A stretch of 64,000 nt of DNA, taken from a virus. Below, one piece after another: positions 36,933 through 46,800 of this stretch (position 1 is the stretch's first letter; each line of letters opens with the position of its first letter). The stretch is from positions 9,839-73,838 of the IMG/VR virus record IMGVR_UViG_3300030106_006091. One strand, 5' to 3'. The position numbers were made by a program, and so were the translations under genes. The notes beneath the pieces were generated by a model, which was not told the origin of the DNA, searched no databases, and saw nothing but the letters and a program-made list of their open reading frames with translations.

Positions 36933-37593
36933 CGAAATTGCATACAACATACTGAATCTACTTAGAGGGGGTAGAAGCAGTAATGATGAACTTATCTCGA
37001 CAGATCAAATCAAGTTCAACATACAGCACTATCGTGCTATGCTCATACGTAGAGACTATGCGCGTAATGGGTATGTCTCTAAAACAATTGAGCAAGACTT
37101 GGGATGCATACATCTAGAGGCCGTAGACATGTCTAAGTGTTGCGGCGTAGAACTGCCAACCGGATGCACTGTATACAGAACAAATAGAAGGATGCCTAAG
37201 ACAGTGCGCTTCAATCTAACCGATGCGTTTACATTCATAGGCAAACCCAACGGAGCAAGCACTATACCTAAGATGGAACCCTACGAGCTTGATTGGGTGC
37301 CCTACGATAAATATACTTCTAGACTTACACGTTACTACGTAATTGATGAGTATATTTACGTATACGAACCTAATGGGTTAGAGGCTATAAATGTTCGTGG
37401 TGTATTTGAAGACCCAGAGGAAGTAGGAAAATTTGCTACATGTGAGGATGAATTTTGTTACGATGAGCAAAGTGATTATCCACTTCCTATGGATATGGTA
37501 AGTGCTATTACAAATGGTCTAGTACAAGGTGAACTGTCGCTCCTAACTAGCTCCATTAACGATACAGAAAACGACAAACAACAAGGACAATAA
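36922..37593 (+). CDS. Putative ring/tail structural protein
   Basis: MTLDEIAY...QDLGCI...VRGVFEDP...YPLP resembles crAss ring proteins. Confidence 0.65.
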   Translation: MTLDEIAYNILNLLRGGRSSNDELISTDQIKFNIQHYRAMLIRRDYARNGYVSKTIEQDLGCIHLEAVDMSKCCGVELPTGCTVYRTNRRMPKTVRFNLTDAFTFIGKPNGASTIPKMEPYELDWVPYDKYTSRLTRYYVIDEYIYVYEPNGLEAINVRGVFEDPEEVGKFATCEDEFCYDEQSDYPLPMDMVSAITNGLVQGELSLLTSSINDTENDKQQGQ

Positions 37594-37595
37594 TC

Positions 37596-38060
37596 ATGGG
37601 ATATAATACAACAACAGACAGGCTCTTAGAGAGGTTAGGCACTAAACAGGACGCAGCTAACACAAGCCTGGCAACTATACAAACTGATGGGGCAGCATCT
37701 AAGAGTTCTAACAACACCACTCAGACGGAAGTAACTCAGCACAATGCAAGAGCTTTTGGACAGAGTGGGTGCATCCTGGTTACAGGAACTGCAGCAGTCA
37801 CTGCCACAGCCGGATCAGGTTCTTTGAAGTTTGTAGCTATACAATTCCTTGAGGACACTGTATTTGACTCGTCATCAGGGGGCTTGGTAGCTACCACCGA
37901 GAACTTGTACCTCGATGATGATGCAACAGGTGCAGGTGTTGCTTCAGGCGGGGGTGGTGCAAATACAGATAGCATCACCTTCCCAAAGGGAATGACACTG
38001 TACGGTAGATACGACGGCTTTAAGCTGGCATCAGGTAAAGTAGTAGCATACTTGGGATGA
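37596..38060 (+). CDS. Putative structural protein (154 aa)
   Basis: FVAIQFLEDTVF...FPKGMTLYGR...LASGKVVAY small beta domain. Confidence 0.65.
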   Translation: MGYNTTTDRLLERLGTKQDAANTSLATIQTDGAASKSSNNTTQTEVTQHNARAFGQSGCILVTGTAAVTATAGSGSLKFVAIQFLEDTVFDSSSGGLVATTENLYLDDDATGAGVASGGGGANTDSITFPKGMTLYGRYDGFKLASGKVVAYLG

Positions 38061-38833
38061 TTGGTCTGGGGCTAAATACAGCTGCGGATACCTCGCACCC
38101 TGCTTTGTTTGGTGGGCTACCTGCTGAGACACAGAACTACTCTGCGTACTTGGACGGGGCTAGTGACCGTATACAAGGGGCTGGCCTGGCAACTACCTGG
38201 TTCAAGGTCATGGGTGCTAACGTGGAGTGGAGCATACACTTCTCCATAAAGCTTGACGCGTTAAACTCAACCATAAGTTTTACAGGTACCTCCACTGACT
38301 ACGTGTGGCTTGCAGTCGATGCAGCGGGAGACCTACAACTAAGCTATGCCATATCCAGCCCTGCAAGCACAGGATTGGAAAAGTGGGATACAAACTTTTC
38401 TACAGGCACTTGGTATGATGTAGTTATTACAGCAACTAATGACACAAACCGAGATCTAAAGTGCTACTCCAACAAATCATTAAGGTCATCTACAGTGGCT
38501 CTTTCTTGGGCAGCATCTGTAGACAATACTGCAATAGCAGGCAAGTTTACTATGGGTACGTTCCTGAACGTTGTTGACTATGACTTTAGAATAGATAGAC
38601 TTGCCTCTTGGAGCACGGTACTTACCTCTGCTGAGGTAACAGAAATCTACGACAACTACCCAGATCTTACAGCAGACTCAGGGGACTATGCTGAATCTGC
38701 TAGACTGCAGACATACTACAAGATAGAAGAAGGTTCAGGTACTACAATGTCAGATAGCTCTGGCAATAGTAACGGTGACCTCACTGTCATCAACGCAACT
38801 GGAAACTTCTGGAGCACAGATACTAGAATATAA
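38057..38833 (+). CDS. LamG/concanavalin-A-like domain protein
   Basis: WYDVVIT, IDRLASWSTVLTSAEVTEIY, YYKIEEGSGTTMSDSSGN. Confidence 0.8.
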   Translation: MIGLGLNTAADTSHPALFGGLPAETQNYSAYLDGASDRIQGAGLATTWFKVMGANVEWSIHFSIKLDALNSTISFTGTSTDYVWLAVDAAGDLQLSYAISSPASTGLEKWDTNFSTGTWYDVVITATNDTNRDLKCYSNKSLRSSTVALSWAASVDNTAIAGKFTMGTFLNVVDYDFRIDRLASWSTVLTSAEVTEIYDNYPDLTADSGDYAESARLQTYYKIEEGSGTTMSDSSGNSNGDLTVINATGNFWSTDTRI

Positions 38834-39087
38834 TGGCAACGACGTACGTAATCATAGAAGCAAGCGAAGTAAGTTCTGTAGACTTCTCACAAGTACGTGA
38901 GGACTCTGCAGATACTGTGCGTTATAACCTAGACAACAGCAAAGCCCTGGTCAAGTTTGATGGTAGTACCCCATCATTCCTGAACGGTAAGACGCAGTAC
39001 ACCCACGCCGAGATAAGAGCAATATTAACCGATGATGCACAGGGCTGGCACATAGCTGATCCGCAGGCATATCTAGATAGCTTATAA
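38833..39087 (+). CDS. Small protein associated with the LamG gene
   Basis: Coupled 84-aa ORF. Confidence 0.7.
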   Translation: MATTYVIIEASEVSSVDFSQVREDSADTVRYNLDNSKALVKFDGSTPSFLNGKTQYTHAEIRAILTDDAQGWHIADPQAYLDSL

Positions 39088-39089
39088 TC

Positions 39090-39404
39090 ATGGCAATCAC
39101 AGATTACTTTGGAAAAGAGAAACGTCAGTACAAGCGTGGGGCTGCCTGGACTAGAAAAGCAGGTAAGAACCCTACAGGGGGACTGAATGCAAAAGGCAGA
39201 GCATCGTACAGAGCTGCCAACCCTGGGAGCAAACTTGCTGCCCCAGTTACCGAATCTAACCCCAAGGGTAAGAGAGCTGGTAGACGTAAGTCATTCTGCT
39301 CACGCATGTGTGGAATGAAAGCAAAGAGAACAGGATCTAAAGGCAAGAGAGATCCTAATTCAAGAATCAATAAGTCACTGCGCAAGTGGAATTGCCGGTG
39401 CTAA
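39090..39404 (+). CDS. Small basic protein
   Basis: K/R-rich; AWTRKAGKNPTGGLNAKGRASY...RRKSFCSRM...SLRKWNC. Confidence 0.75.
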   Translation: MAITDYFGKEKRQYKRGAAWTRKAGKNPTGGLNAKGRASYRAANPGSKLAAPVTESNPKGKRAGRRKSFCSRMCGMKAKRTGSKGKRDPNSRINKSLRKWNCRC

Positions 39405-39416
39405 TAAAGAACAACA

Positions 39417-39809
39417 ATGGGAATTATAAAATCAAAACTATCTCTGTTTTCAACAGGTTCGTCTACAACCACTACAGGGGGGTTTAGCATATCAGTCGCA
39501 GACTCACTGGCTATTGAAGCGCCTGTAGTAAACCTTGCGTCAGGAAATGTTACTAGTAGCAGTGGTCCTGATGTAATCATAGGGTCAGGAGTAAGTGATG
39601 TTACATATGTATACATCAAGTACAAAACTGCAGCAGCAGGATCACCCGTCCTAGTTCTGAGCACTGTAACAGGAACGCAAAACTTTTCTGACCTAACAGC
39701 AGGTGAGGCCATCTTTATCCCTGTGAAGGGAGGTGTAGGACTGAGAGTAACCAGCAGTGACACTAATGCCATCACCTACGAGTATGGTTACTGGACTAAG
39801 AATGTATAA
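39417..39809 (+). CDS. Small beta-rich protein, paralogue of 34693-35082
   Basis: YVYIKY...LTAGEAIFIP...YEY pattern. Confidence 0.65.
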   Translation: MGIIKSKLSLFSTGSSTTTTGGFSISVADSLAIEAPVVNLASGNVTSSSGPDVIIGSGVSDVTYVYIKYKTAAAGSPVLVLSTVTGTQNFSDLTAGEAIFIPVKGGVGLRVTSSDTNAITYEYGYWTKNV

Positions 39810-40033
39810 TGGCCAGTGAGGGACTAAAGAAATGGTTTGGTCGCAACCAGGGACGTGGTTGGGTAGACTGTAAAGCATCAGCAGCAGCAGGTAAGTTTGT
39901 TCCCTGCGGTAGAAAGGATGCATCGAAAAGTAGGAAGACAGGGTACCCGGCCTGCAGACCTACTAGGAGCGCATGTACCAAAGCAGGTATGCGTCGTAAA
40001 AAATCATCTAAGCGGGTATCTTGGAAAAAATAA
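39809..40033 (+). CDS. Small basic Cys-containing protein
   Basis: GLKKWF...WVDC...PCGR...YPACRP. Confidence 0.7.
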   Translation: MASEGLKKWFGRNQGRGWVDCKASAAAGKFVPCGRKDASKSRKTGYPACRPTRSACTKAGMRRKKSSKRVSWKK

Positions 40034-40042
40034 TTAGAAACT

Positions 40043-41107
40043 ATGAAGTACAAACAAAAGGGAGGAGTCCCACCAAAGGGCATGCGTAAGAAAACTACTA
40101 CGTACAAAAAACCAGAGAAAGAAGCTGGACGTAAGGACAAGATGCCAACTGGCCTCAATTTCATGACCGATAAGCAGAAGCGTAAGGCCAAGAAGAAAAC
40201 TATCAAAAATGTCAAAGACATTAAGAAGGCTATACCAAAGAAGAGTAAGGCTGGGGGCATGATCGAAGAGTCTAAAGAGGTAATGTTCGGCGGGCCAACT
40301 AAGAAGATGAAGCAGATGGGTGGTATTACTGCTTCCAAGCAAAAAAGAGGTAGAGGTGTGGTAACTGAAAAGGGTGCTGACGGAAGTCGTTCCATTACAC
40401 GAAAAGGTAAGGTTAGAGGTAAGGGGGACAAGCGTGGTTTCACTACTCGTAGTAAGACAGCAAATAAGAGGGTAGGAACCGTTACAAAAGAGGTAATTAA
40501 AGGCCGCGGTCGAGCAGACGGTAAAGAGACAATTAAGACTAAAACAAGAGTTGTAGGCAAAAGACGTGCTGCAAAGGCTGCTAATCGTATTGATAGCAAA
40601 GCTGCTAAAATGAACCTGCCTATGCGAACTCGAGATAAGAAGTTCTTGGGTGGTAGACTTCTTGGAGCTATCAAAGGAGCTCGTGGTGCAAAAGGCCAAG
40701 GACTCGGAGCTATGCTGAAAGGTGCAGCCAAAGGTGCAGCTGGAGGAGGCATGATGGGTAGAGCCCTTGGTGCTATGAGAGGTATGAAAGGTGCTGCCGG
40801 ACAAGGTGGTGGTTTGAGAGGTATGCTGAAGGCTGGAGCTCAAGGTGCCATGGGAGGTGCGTTTGGTGGTGGTGCTCAGCAGAATGCTGCGGAAGCTGCA
40901 TCAGCAGAAGGCATGGAAGAGGAGATGATGTACGGCGGAAAGAGAAAGATGAAGAAAGGTGGGAAGAAGATGCAGAAGGGAGGTATGACAGATCGCCGTA
41001 AGATGAAGGGTAGGATGAAGGACAAAGAAAAGCGTGAAAAGAAAATGGACCGTCAACAGGATCGTGCCGCGAGACGTCGAGGACGAGCTCGCAGAAGAGG
41101 TAGATAA
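40043..41107 (+). CDS. Highly basic low-complexity protein with repeated xxGG motifs
   Basis: K/R/G/M-rich; KQKGG, SKAGG, VMFGG, KQMGG, KFLGG, MMYGG, MKKGG, MQKGG. Confidence 0.8.
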   Translation: MKYKQKGGVPPKGMRKKTTTYKKPEKEAGRKDKMPTGLNFMTDKQKRKAKKKTIKNVKDIKKAIPKKSKAGGMIEESKEVMFGGPTKKMKQMGGITASKQKRGRGVVTEKGADGSRSITRKGKVRGKGDKRGFTTRSKTANKRVGTVTKEVIKGRGRADGKETIKTKTRVVGKRRAAKAANRIDSKAAKMNLPMRTRDKKFLGGRLLGAIKGARGAKGQGLGAMLKGAAKGAAGGGMMGRALGAMRGMKGAAGQGGGLRGMLKAGAQGAMGGAFGGGAQQNAAEAASAEGMEEEMMYGGKRKMKKGGKKMQKGGMTDRRKMKGRMKDKEKREKKMDRQQDRAARRRGRARRRGR

Positions 41108-41112
41108 TTACA

Positions 41113-41137
41113 GGGGGGAGCTCCGGTTCCCCCCTTT
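41113..41137 (+). terminator. Intrinsic terminator
   Basis: GGGGGGAGC-TCCG-GTTCCCCCC-TTT. Confidence 0.65.
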
Positions 41138-41151
41138 CAATACTGAAGAAC

Positions 41152-42051
41152 ATGAGATATCCACCACTACCCAAAATGAAAAAGAAGAAGGGCGTCAAGA
41201 AGAAGTTTGTTGGCGGTCTTCTGGGACGTCGTGCTGCTAGGCAGCGTGCTAAGGAAGAGGGCCTTACAGGTAAGGAACTTAGAAAAGCAGGACGTCAGGG
41301 CTTTATGTCCGGCACTGGCCTGGGAAGAATAGCAGGTGCTGTGCAAGGTTTTAGAGCAAACAAAGGCATGGGTTTTAAAGAAAGGTTGAAGGGAGCCGCT
41401 GCAGGCGCTGCTGGTGGTTTTAACAACCGAGCAAATGCAGGTCTTGCTGAACGTATCCAAGAAGGTTATGGGGACAGACTTGATGCCATGCAAAATCCAG
41501 AAGTAGCTCCAGAATTGGAAGAGACAGATGCAGCAATGACTGACGCTGTGGGCGGGGGTGTAGATACTTCTGCTGCAGGTGCTGGTATGGACAGTGGTGG
41601 TAACATAGCCGCTAAGCGTGGAGGTCTTAGAGATAGAAGAAGAAGAAGAAAGCAGAGCGGGGGCATGTTTGAAATGACCAAGAAGGAGAAAGACAAGGCT
41701 AAGGTTGAGGCCATCAAAGGCACCCGTACTAAGAAAGAGGAGCGTGAAGATAAGAGAGATGAGAGGCAGGTTGGTCGTAAGGTCAAGAGATACAAGCGTA
41801 TAGGAGAGCGGAGAAAGAAGTCAGACAAGCAAGGTGCTGGAGAAGTTGGTCTTAACATATACAAAAAAAAGCTTCAGGACAGAGCTAAGAGAAAGCGTAA
41901 GCGCAAAGCAAGAAGGCAGAAAGTTAGAGACTTTGGAAGTAAAGTAAAAGCAGCTTCACAAGCTAGAAGAACAGCTAGAAGAAACCGTAGAAAAGAACAG
42001 TCTAACAGCGGGTCTGGTTGCCAGGGCGCAGGCTGCGGAGCATACGAATAA
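41152..42051 (+). CDS. Highly basic protein with xxGG motifs
   Basis: KFVGG, AKRGG, KQSGG; Arg/Lys runs. Confidence 0.78.
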   Translation: MRYPPLPKMKKKKGVKKKFVGGLLGRRAARQRAKEEGLTGKELRKAGRQGFMSGTGLGRIAGAVQGFRANKGMGFKERLKGAAAGAAGGFNNRANAGLAERIQEGYGDRLDAMQNPEVAPELEETDAAMTDAVGGGVDTSAAGAGMDSGGNIAAKRGGLRDRRRRRKQSGGMFEMTKKEKDKAKVEAIKGTRTKKEEREDKRDERQVGRKVKRYKRIGERRKKSDKQGAGEVGLNIYKKKLQDRAKRKRKRKARRQKVRDFGSKVKAASQARRTARRNRRKEQSNSGSGCQGAGCGAYE

Positions 42052-42062
42052 CAACAAGAAAC

Positions 42063-42371
42063 ATGAAATATCCAGATTTTAAAAAAACCGGAGGAGCGTC
42101 TTATAAGAAGGGGGGCTTCAAAATAAGTGGTCCCTGTAAGTCCGCTGCTAGGTCTAAATTTGATGTGTACCCATCAGCCTACGCTAACGCTTGGGGTGTT
42201 CGCTGTACTAAAGCAGGAGGTCCTGGTAGTATGGGCAAGTCCAAGAAGAAAAAGAAGGGCGGATTCCCTGACTTGACTGGTGATGGTAAAGTGACCAGAG
42301 CTGACATCCTCAAGGGTAGAGGCGTCATCAAGAAGAAGGGTGGAGTGAAAAAGTGTAAGCACGGCTGTTAA
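42063..42371 (+). CDS. Small basic protein with xxGG motifs and an EF-hand-like loop
   Basis: ATG at 42063; YPSAYAN, FPDLTGDGKVTRADIL, repeated KKGG. Confidence 0.72.
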   Translation: MKYPDFKKTGGASYKKGGFKISGPCKSAARSKFDVYPSAYANAWGVRCTKAGGPGSMGKSKKKKKGGFPDLTGDGKVTRADILKGRGVIKKKGGVKKCKHGC

Positions 42372-42853
42372 TGCACACGATTAAGGACATACATAAAGAT
42401 TACCTAGAGCATGTTGATGACCCCATAGAAACCCGTTTGTTCAAACAGATCTGTGAGGAATTCAACATGCAGGTAATTGAGTTAGTCCTAGAAGGTAAAG
42501 AGTTTAGTATGGGGAGCAATCTATCAACGCTCTCCATACGACGTATAGAACGCAATCCCAGCAAGCCTACGATAGACTGGTGGGAGAGTAACAAGTACAA
42601 GCAAGAACTTCTCACAGAAGGGAAGGAGCTGTACAACAACGAGACAGGGGAAGGTGAGAAGTGGTTCATCTACTACACCGACCCTTGGTACTGTAAGTAC
42701 CATTGGCAGAAGTCCAGATGCAAGCTGGCTAACAAGACTGCCTACAGGTTTACCCCTACCCGAGGAGTAAAGGGGAACAAGGAGAAACTTACATCACTCC
42801 TCAAAAATGATGACTTAGCATATTTAAGATTCAAGAAGCATGGCAACATATGA
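42371..42853 (+). CDS. Divergent IHF-like conserved crAss tail-module protein
   Basis: Helix pair then FSMGSNLSTLSI; position just before the tail tubular gene. Confidence 0.55.
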   Translation: MHTIKDIHKDYLEHVDDPIETRLFKQICEEFNMQVIELVLEGKEFSMGSNLSTLSIRRIERNPSKPTIDWWESNKYKQELLTEGKELYNNETGEGEKWFIYYTDPWYCKYHWQKSRCKLANKTAYRFTPTRGVKGNKEKLTSLLKNDDLAYLRFKKHGNI

Positions 42854-43835
42854 TACCATATCGTGTAAAGAGATTGTCCGTAAGGTCATGCGAGATCTCA
42901 AGCCTGACGACGGCAACTGGATTTATGATGCTGTAGAATGGACTGGTGAAGCACTTGAGCATATAGGTGCAGGCGCTCACGTTGAAAGCAAGGGGTGCAT
43001 ACTGGATGTAAAAGACTTCAAGGCGGCTTTGCCTGCAGACGTGTACTACATCAACCAGGTAGCCATAAATCAGACAGAGCAAGAGATGGCCATAAGATCA
43101 AAGATCCAAGCTCTGCAGGAAGACTTAAAAGAATTTTTGGGACTACAAACGCTTATTGGATCAGGAATTGTTGACACTCTATCTCTGGTGGCAGACGGAA
43201 CAATCTCAAGTAGTCTTACAGACACCAAGGTTGATAATTTGATAAATGTAACAAAAGCTCTGCTTCCGTCTATAAACAAGTTTAGGGTAGATGCGGCTGT
43301 TGTTTACAATGCATACATGCACCCTGACACAGGCACTCTAACACCTCTTAAGTATTGTACAACAAACTTTCCTAGGGGCATACACTGCGATGATTGTGTA
43401 AACGAGCATACGCATGCTACACCTGAATGCTACCTCATAGAGAACAACATGATAAAAACATCCTTCGAGGAAGGAAAGATATGTTTGTCCTACACAGCAT
43501 TTGCCACAGACGCAGATTGCTGGCCTCTAATACCTAATGACATCAGTTTCAAAGAGGCAATGTTCTGGTACATATACAAGAAGCTATTGTTGTCTGTCAC
43601 GGTTGATCCAAACAACAACGGCCTTAGCTATGACTATGCAGATAGCAAGTGGAAATACTACTGCACCCAAGCACGTAATGAAGCCAAGTACCCAGACATA
43701 GCTAGGTACGAGTCGTTCATGAACCAGTGGGTCAGACTGATCCCGCGTATCAATCTATACGATGATGGATTCGAAGAGCTAGGAGACAGAGAGAATTTGT
43801 ACAGAGGAAACTATAGCGTTCGATCAACACGATGA
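42840..43835 (+). CDS. Tail tubular/ring protein
   Basis: EWTGEAL..IG, LPADVY and IKTSFEEGKICLSY..PLIP; precedes the stabilisation protein, as in crAss-like phages. Confidence 0.7.
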   Translation: MATYDTISCKEIVRKVMRDLKPDDGNWIYDAVEWTGEALEHIGAGAHVESKGCILDVKDFKAALPADVYYINQVAINQTEQEMAIRSKIQALQEDLKEFLGLQTLIGSGIVDTLSLVADGTISSSLTDTKVDNLINVTKALLPSINKFRVDAAVVYNAYMHPDTGTLTPLKYCTTNFPRGIHCDDCVNEHTHATPECYLIENNMIKTSFEEGKICLSYTAFATDADCWPLIPNDISFKEAMFWYIYKKLLLSVTVDPNNNGLSYDYADSKWKYYCTQARNEAKYPDIARYESFMNQWVRLIPRINLYDDGFEELGDRENLYRGNYSVRSTR

Positions 43836-46800
43836 AGAAGTTTGTAGCAGGTATGAGCAAAGACACGTCCAAGGCTGACCAGCCTGATGGGACGTTTCGT
43901 GATGCACTAAATGCTGTAGTCAACATAGAGACGGGTACAGTAAACAACGAGTACGGTACTACGACTGTGGTGGGCGCCAACATAGACGTAATAGGAGCCA
44001 TACCGATCGATGAGGACAGGGTAGTATTCTTAGGCCTGAACGCGAGCGAAGAATGCATCATAGCATTGTCTGATCCAAAGAAGGGTGAGAGCACCATATT
44101 GTACAAGAACTCTGAGCTCAACTTCAAAAGGTCACACCCTATAGCAGGTGAGTATAGAAAAGATGCGAAGAATGACATCATCATATACTTCACAGACAAC
44201 TACCATGTGATAGATGAGGACATCAACGAAGCAACTTACGTCTCCGACTACAACCCTCCTAGAGCATTTAATGTAACCAGACAGCTGCAGGCGTTTGCCT
44301 TGGAAGAGGCAGAGGGCTTTACCGCCAACCCTGAAGTACTGTATGGAGAGGTGAACTTCAATGTTGAGAAGCTCACACTGTTTCCTGACGTAGGTACACA
44401 CACAAGAATAAAGAACGCCCACGTCAGAGAGGGAGGAGCAGTTGTAGCTGCTACATACCACCTGGCCCTTGCGTATGCTGATGAGGATTTTGTAGAGACA
44501 AACTACTTTGTAGTATCTAACCCACTGTACGTAATACCAGAACCTGACAACACCCTGCCCGCAGACATTGTCATAGGAGCTCAGAAGGGCACAGTCACAA
44601 CAAAGTCATTGCATTGGGAACTGTACGTGCCTCGTAATGTAAACTACAAATACGTGCAGCCTGCGGTGATACAAAGGATAGGTACCGCAGAAAACGTATA
44701 CAAACTGCAGCGGGTGGAGATTCAGTGGAGCAGCGGAGAGGACATAGGACTGTTCACAAACGTAAGTGAAATTAGCGACACTCCTAACATACCTATCCAG
44801 TCTTTCGCTGATGCAGTCTTGGCGAATGACTTCACTGCCGCCCGGGGTCTAGAAAGACAGGGGTACGGTGGTGGAGATGATAGTGCAGGACAAAGACAGA
44901 GGAACTTACCGTCTGCTCCATACAGAAGCGATGGCGCTACAGGGTTCAAGCTGTACAACGTAGTATACACTGGTCGTGAGGATGCTTCTACGATGAGCAC
45001 ACTGGACATTGTAGCAGACAAGATAAAGTACCTAACAGCTAGAACGCTGACTCAGCTTAACGATCAATTGTACCTAGGCAATCTGATATCTAGAAAAGAT
45101 ATCGGGTTTCAGAGGTACGCCGGCAACATCAAAGTGTCACCCAAGGTCAAAGCAGTAGAGGGATTCGATCGTAGATCATTTGATATTATCACCCTCAATA
45201 AGGGGTACGGTACAATGACAATGCCGTACTGGCATGCCAGTGACCACCCTAGAGGGTTTGATGGTATGGGTCAGACATACTTCCAATCCATAGGTGCGGA
45301 CAACTCACCGGAGACCCCAGTTACAGCTACAGCCGTAGAGAGCATGTACCCAGACTACATCAGTGCAATAGCTGACTTCTTGAGGTACCCAAGCACTGGA
45401 GGTCAGAAACTTAAGATAGGGGGCAACAAAACTGGTGTACAGTACACTCTCAACGACGCAACCAGAAGGGGGTACAAAGACAACAGGTTTACATACAGAG
45501 GCAAGAGCTTCCGCAGAGGAGACGTATATGCGTTCTACATATCATTTGTACTAAGAGATGGTACAGAAACATATGCATACCACATTCCAGGTAGGCCTCC
45601 GCTTCCATTGATCTGGTCGTCCATACAGGACAATATTGTAAGTCAGACCGGTTACACGGAAGAAGAGAAGTGGCAGTTTTTGCTGGGCAGGTCCTTCTCA
45701 ACTCTAGAGGATGAATACTTAATGGAGAACGACAAGTTCACCACACTGTCGTACCTCCAAGCTTACTCCCACGGGTACCACCCAACAGAGGCAATAGACT
45801 TGAATAGGGAGTCTAAGATCTACCAATACGTAGATACATCATACGATGTGGCTTATACACAGCTAGACACTAGTGCAACATACAAGGCTCTTAGAAACGA
45901 TATGGGTTTCTGGGAGAACGAGAACGAGTTCTACCCGGCGAGTGATGACTTTAGGCTGACAGATGTCAATGAGAATGGTACGGCTCAGGAGCAAATTCTG
46001 TTCCCCAGCAGTGACAACTACGAGAACTGGTTCTACAACCTGCTAGACAATGTGGGCAGAGGACGCAGAGTTAGGCACCACAGAATGCCATCTAACTACA
46101 ACAGAGAGAGATCCTACATACAATACTCCACTGCAAGCATTGCCCCTCCTAGCACTGAATCAGATGAGGTGGGCAGCTTGAGCTTTGATAGAAACTACGG
46201 AGCATTGTTCTTTGAGAATACAGCTGACCTTTCACAAAGAGGCTTCATGGCTGGCTACGAAACAGGAACAGGTCCTAATACAATAGGTAGTGGAGATGTA
46301 CTTGTAGCAGCTCCTTGGGTGTCAAGCCATAGAGATAAGAGCACAATTATAGGAGGAGAAGCCTACGGCTACACAAAGAAGAGACTTATCACAAACGAGA
46401 CAGCTAGAATACTAGGTATACAACTGAACAATCTAAAGATACCTAGACATATGCTGAGGGAGATACAGGGGTATAAGATCTACTTTGCAAAGAAAGAAGG
46501 CACAGATAAGCTTGTGGCAGGTCAGAGCCTGTCAATACCATGTATACCTAGGTATGCTGCATCCCCTAACCAGAACAGGCTCCTTGCTCGTAAGGGACCA
46601 TACTTCAATGCATTCTATGCATATGGGGGTCTGAGAAATGACATGGAAGCAGCAATGGCAATAGCCTCTAAGTGGAGAGGAGCTTACCAAGAGGAAACGA
46701 CATTTGAGCCCTCAGCTGAAAGAGCAGTACCAGAGAGCTCATATACGACCGTTAGCCCTGTAGATCAGATGTTCCGTTACTACGGCAACCCTGTATTTAC

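Noticed and set aside
39796-40752. 318-aa minus-strand hydrophobic ORF
   Set aside because: Mirror of the Lys/Arg/Gly-rich plus-strand genes.
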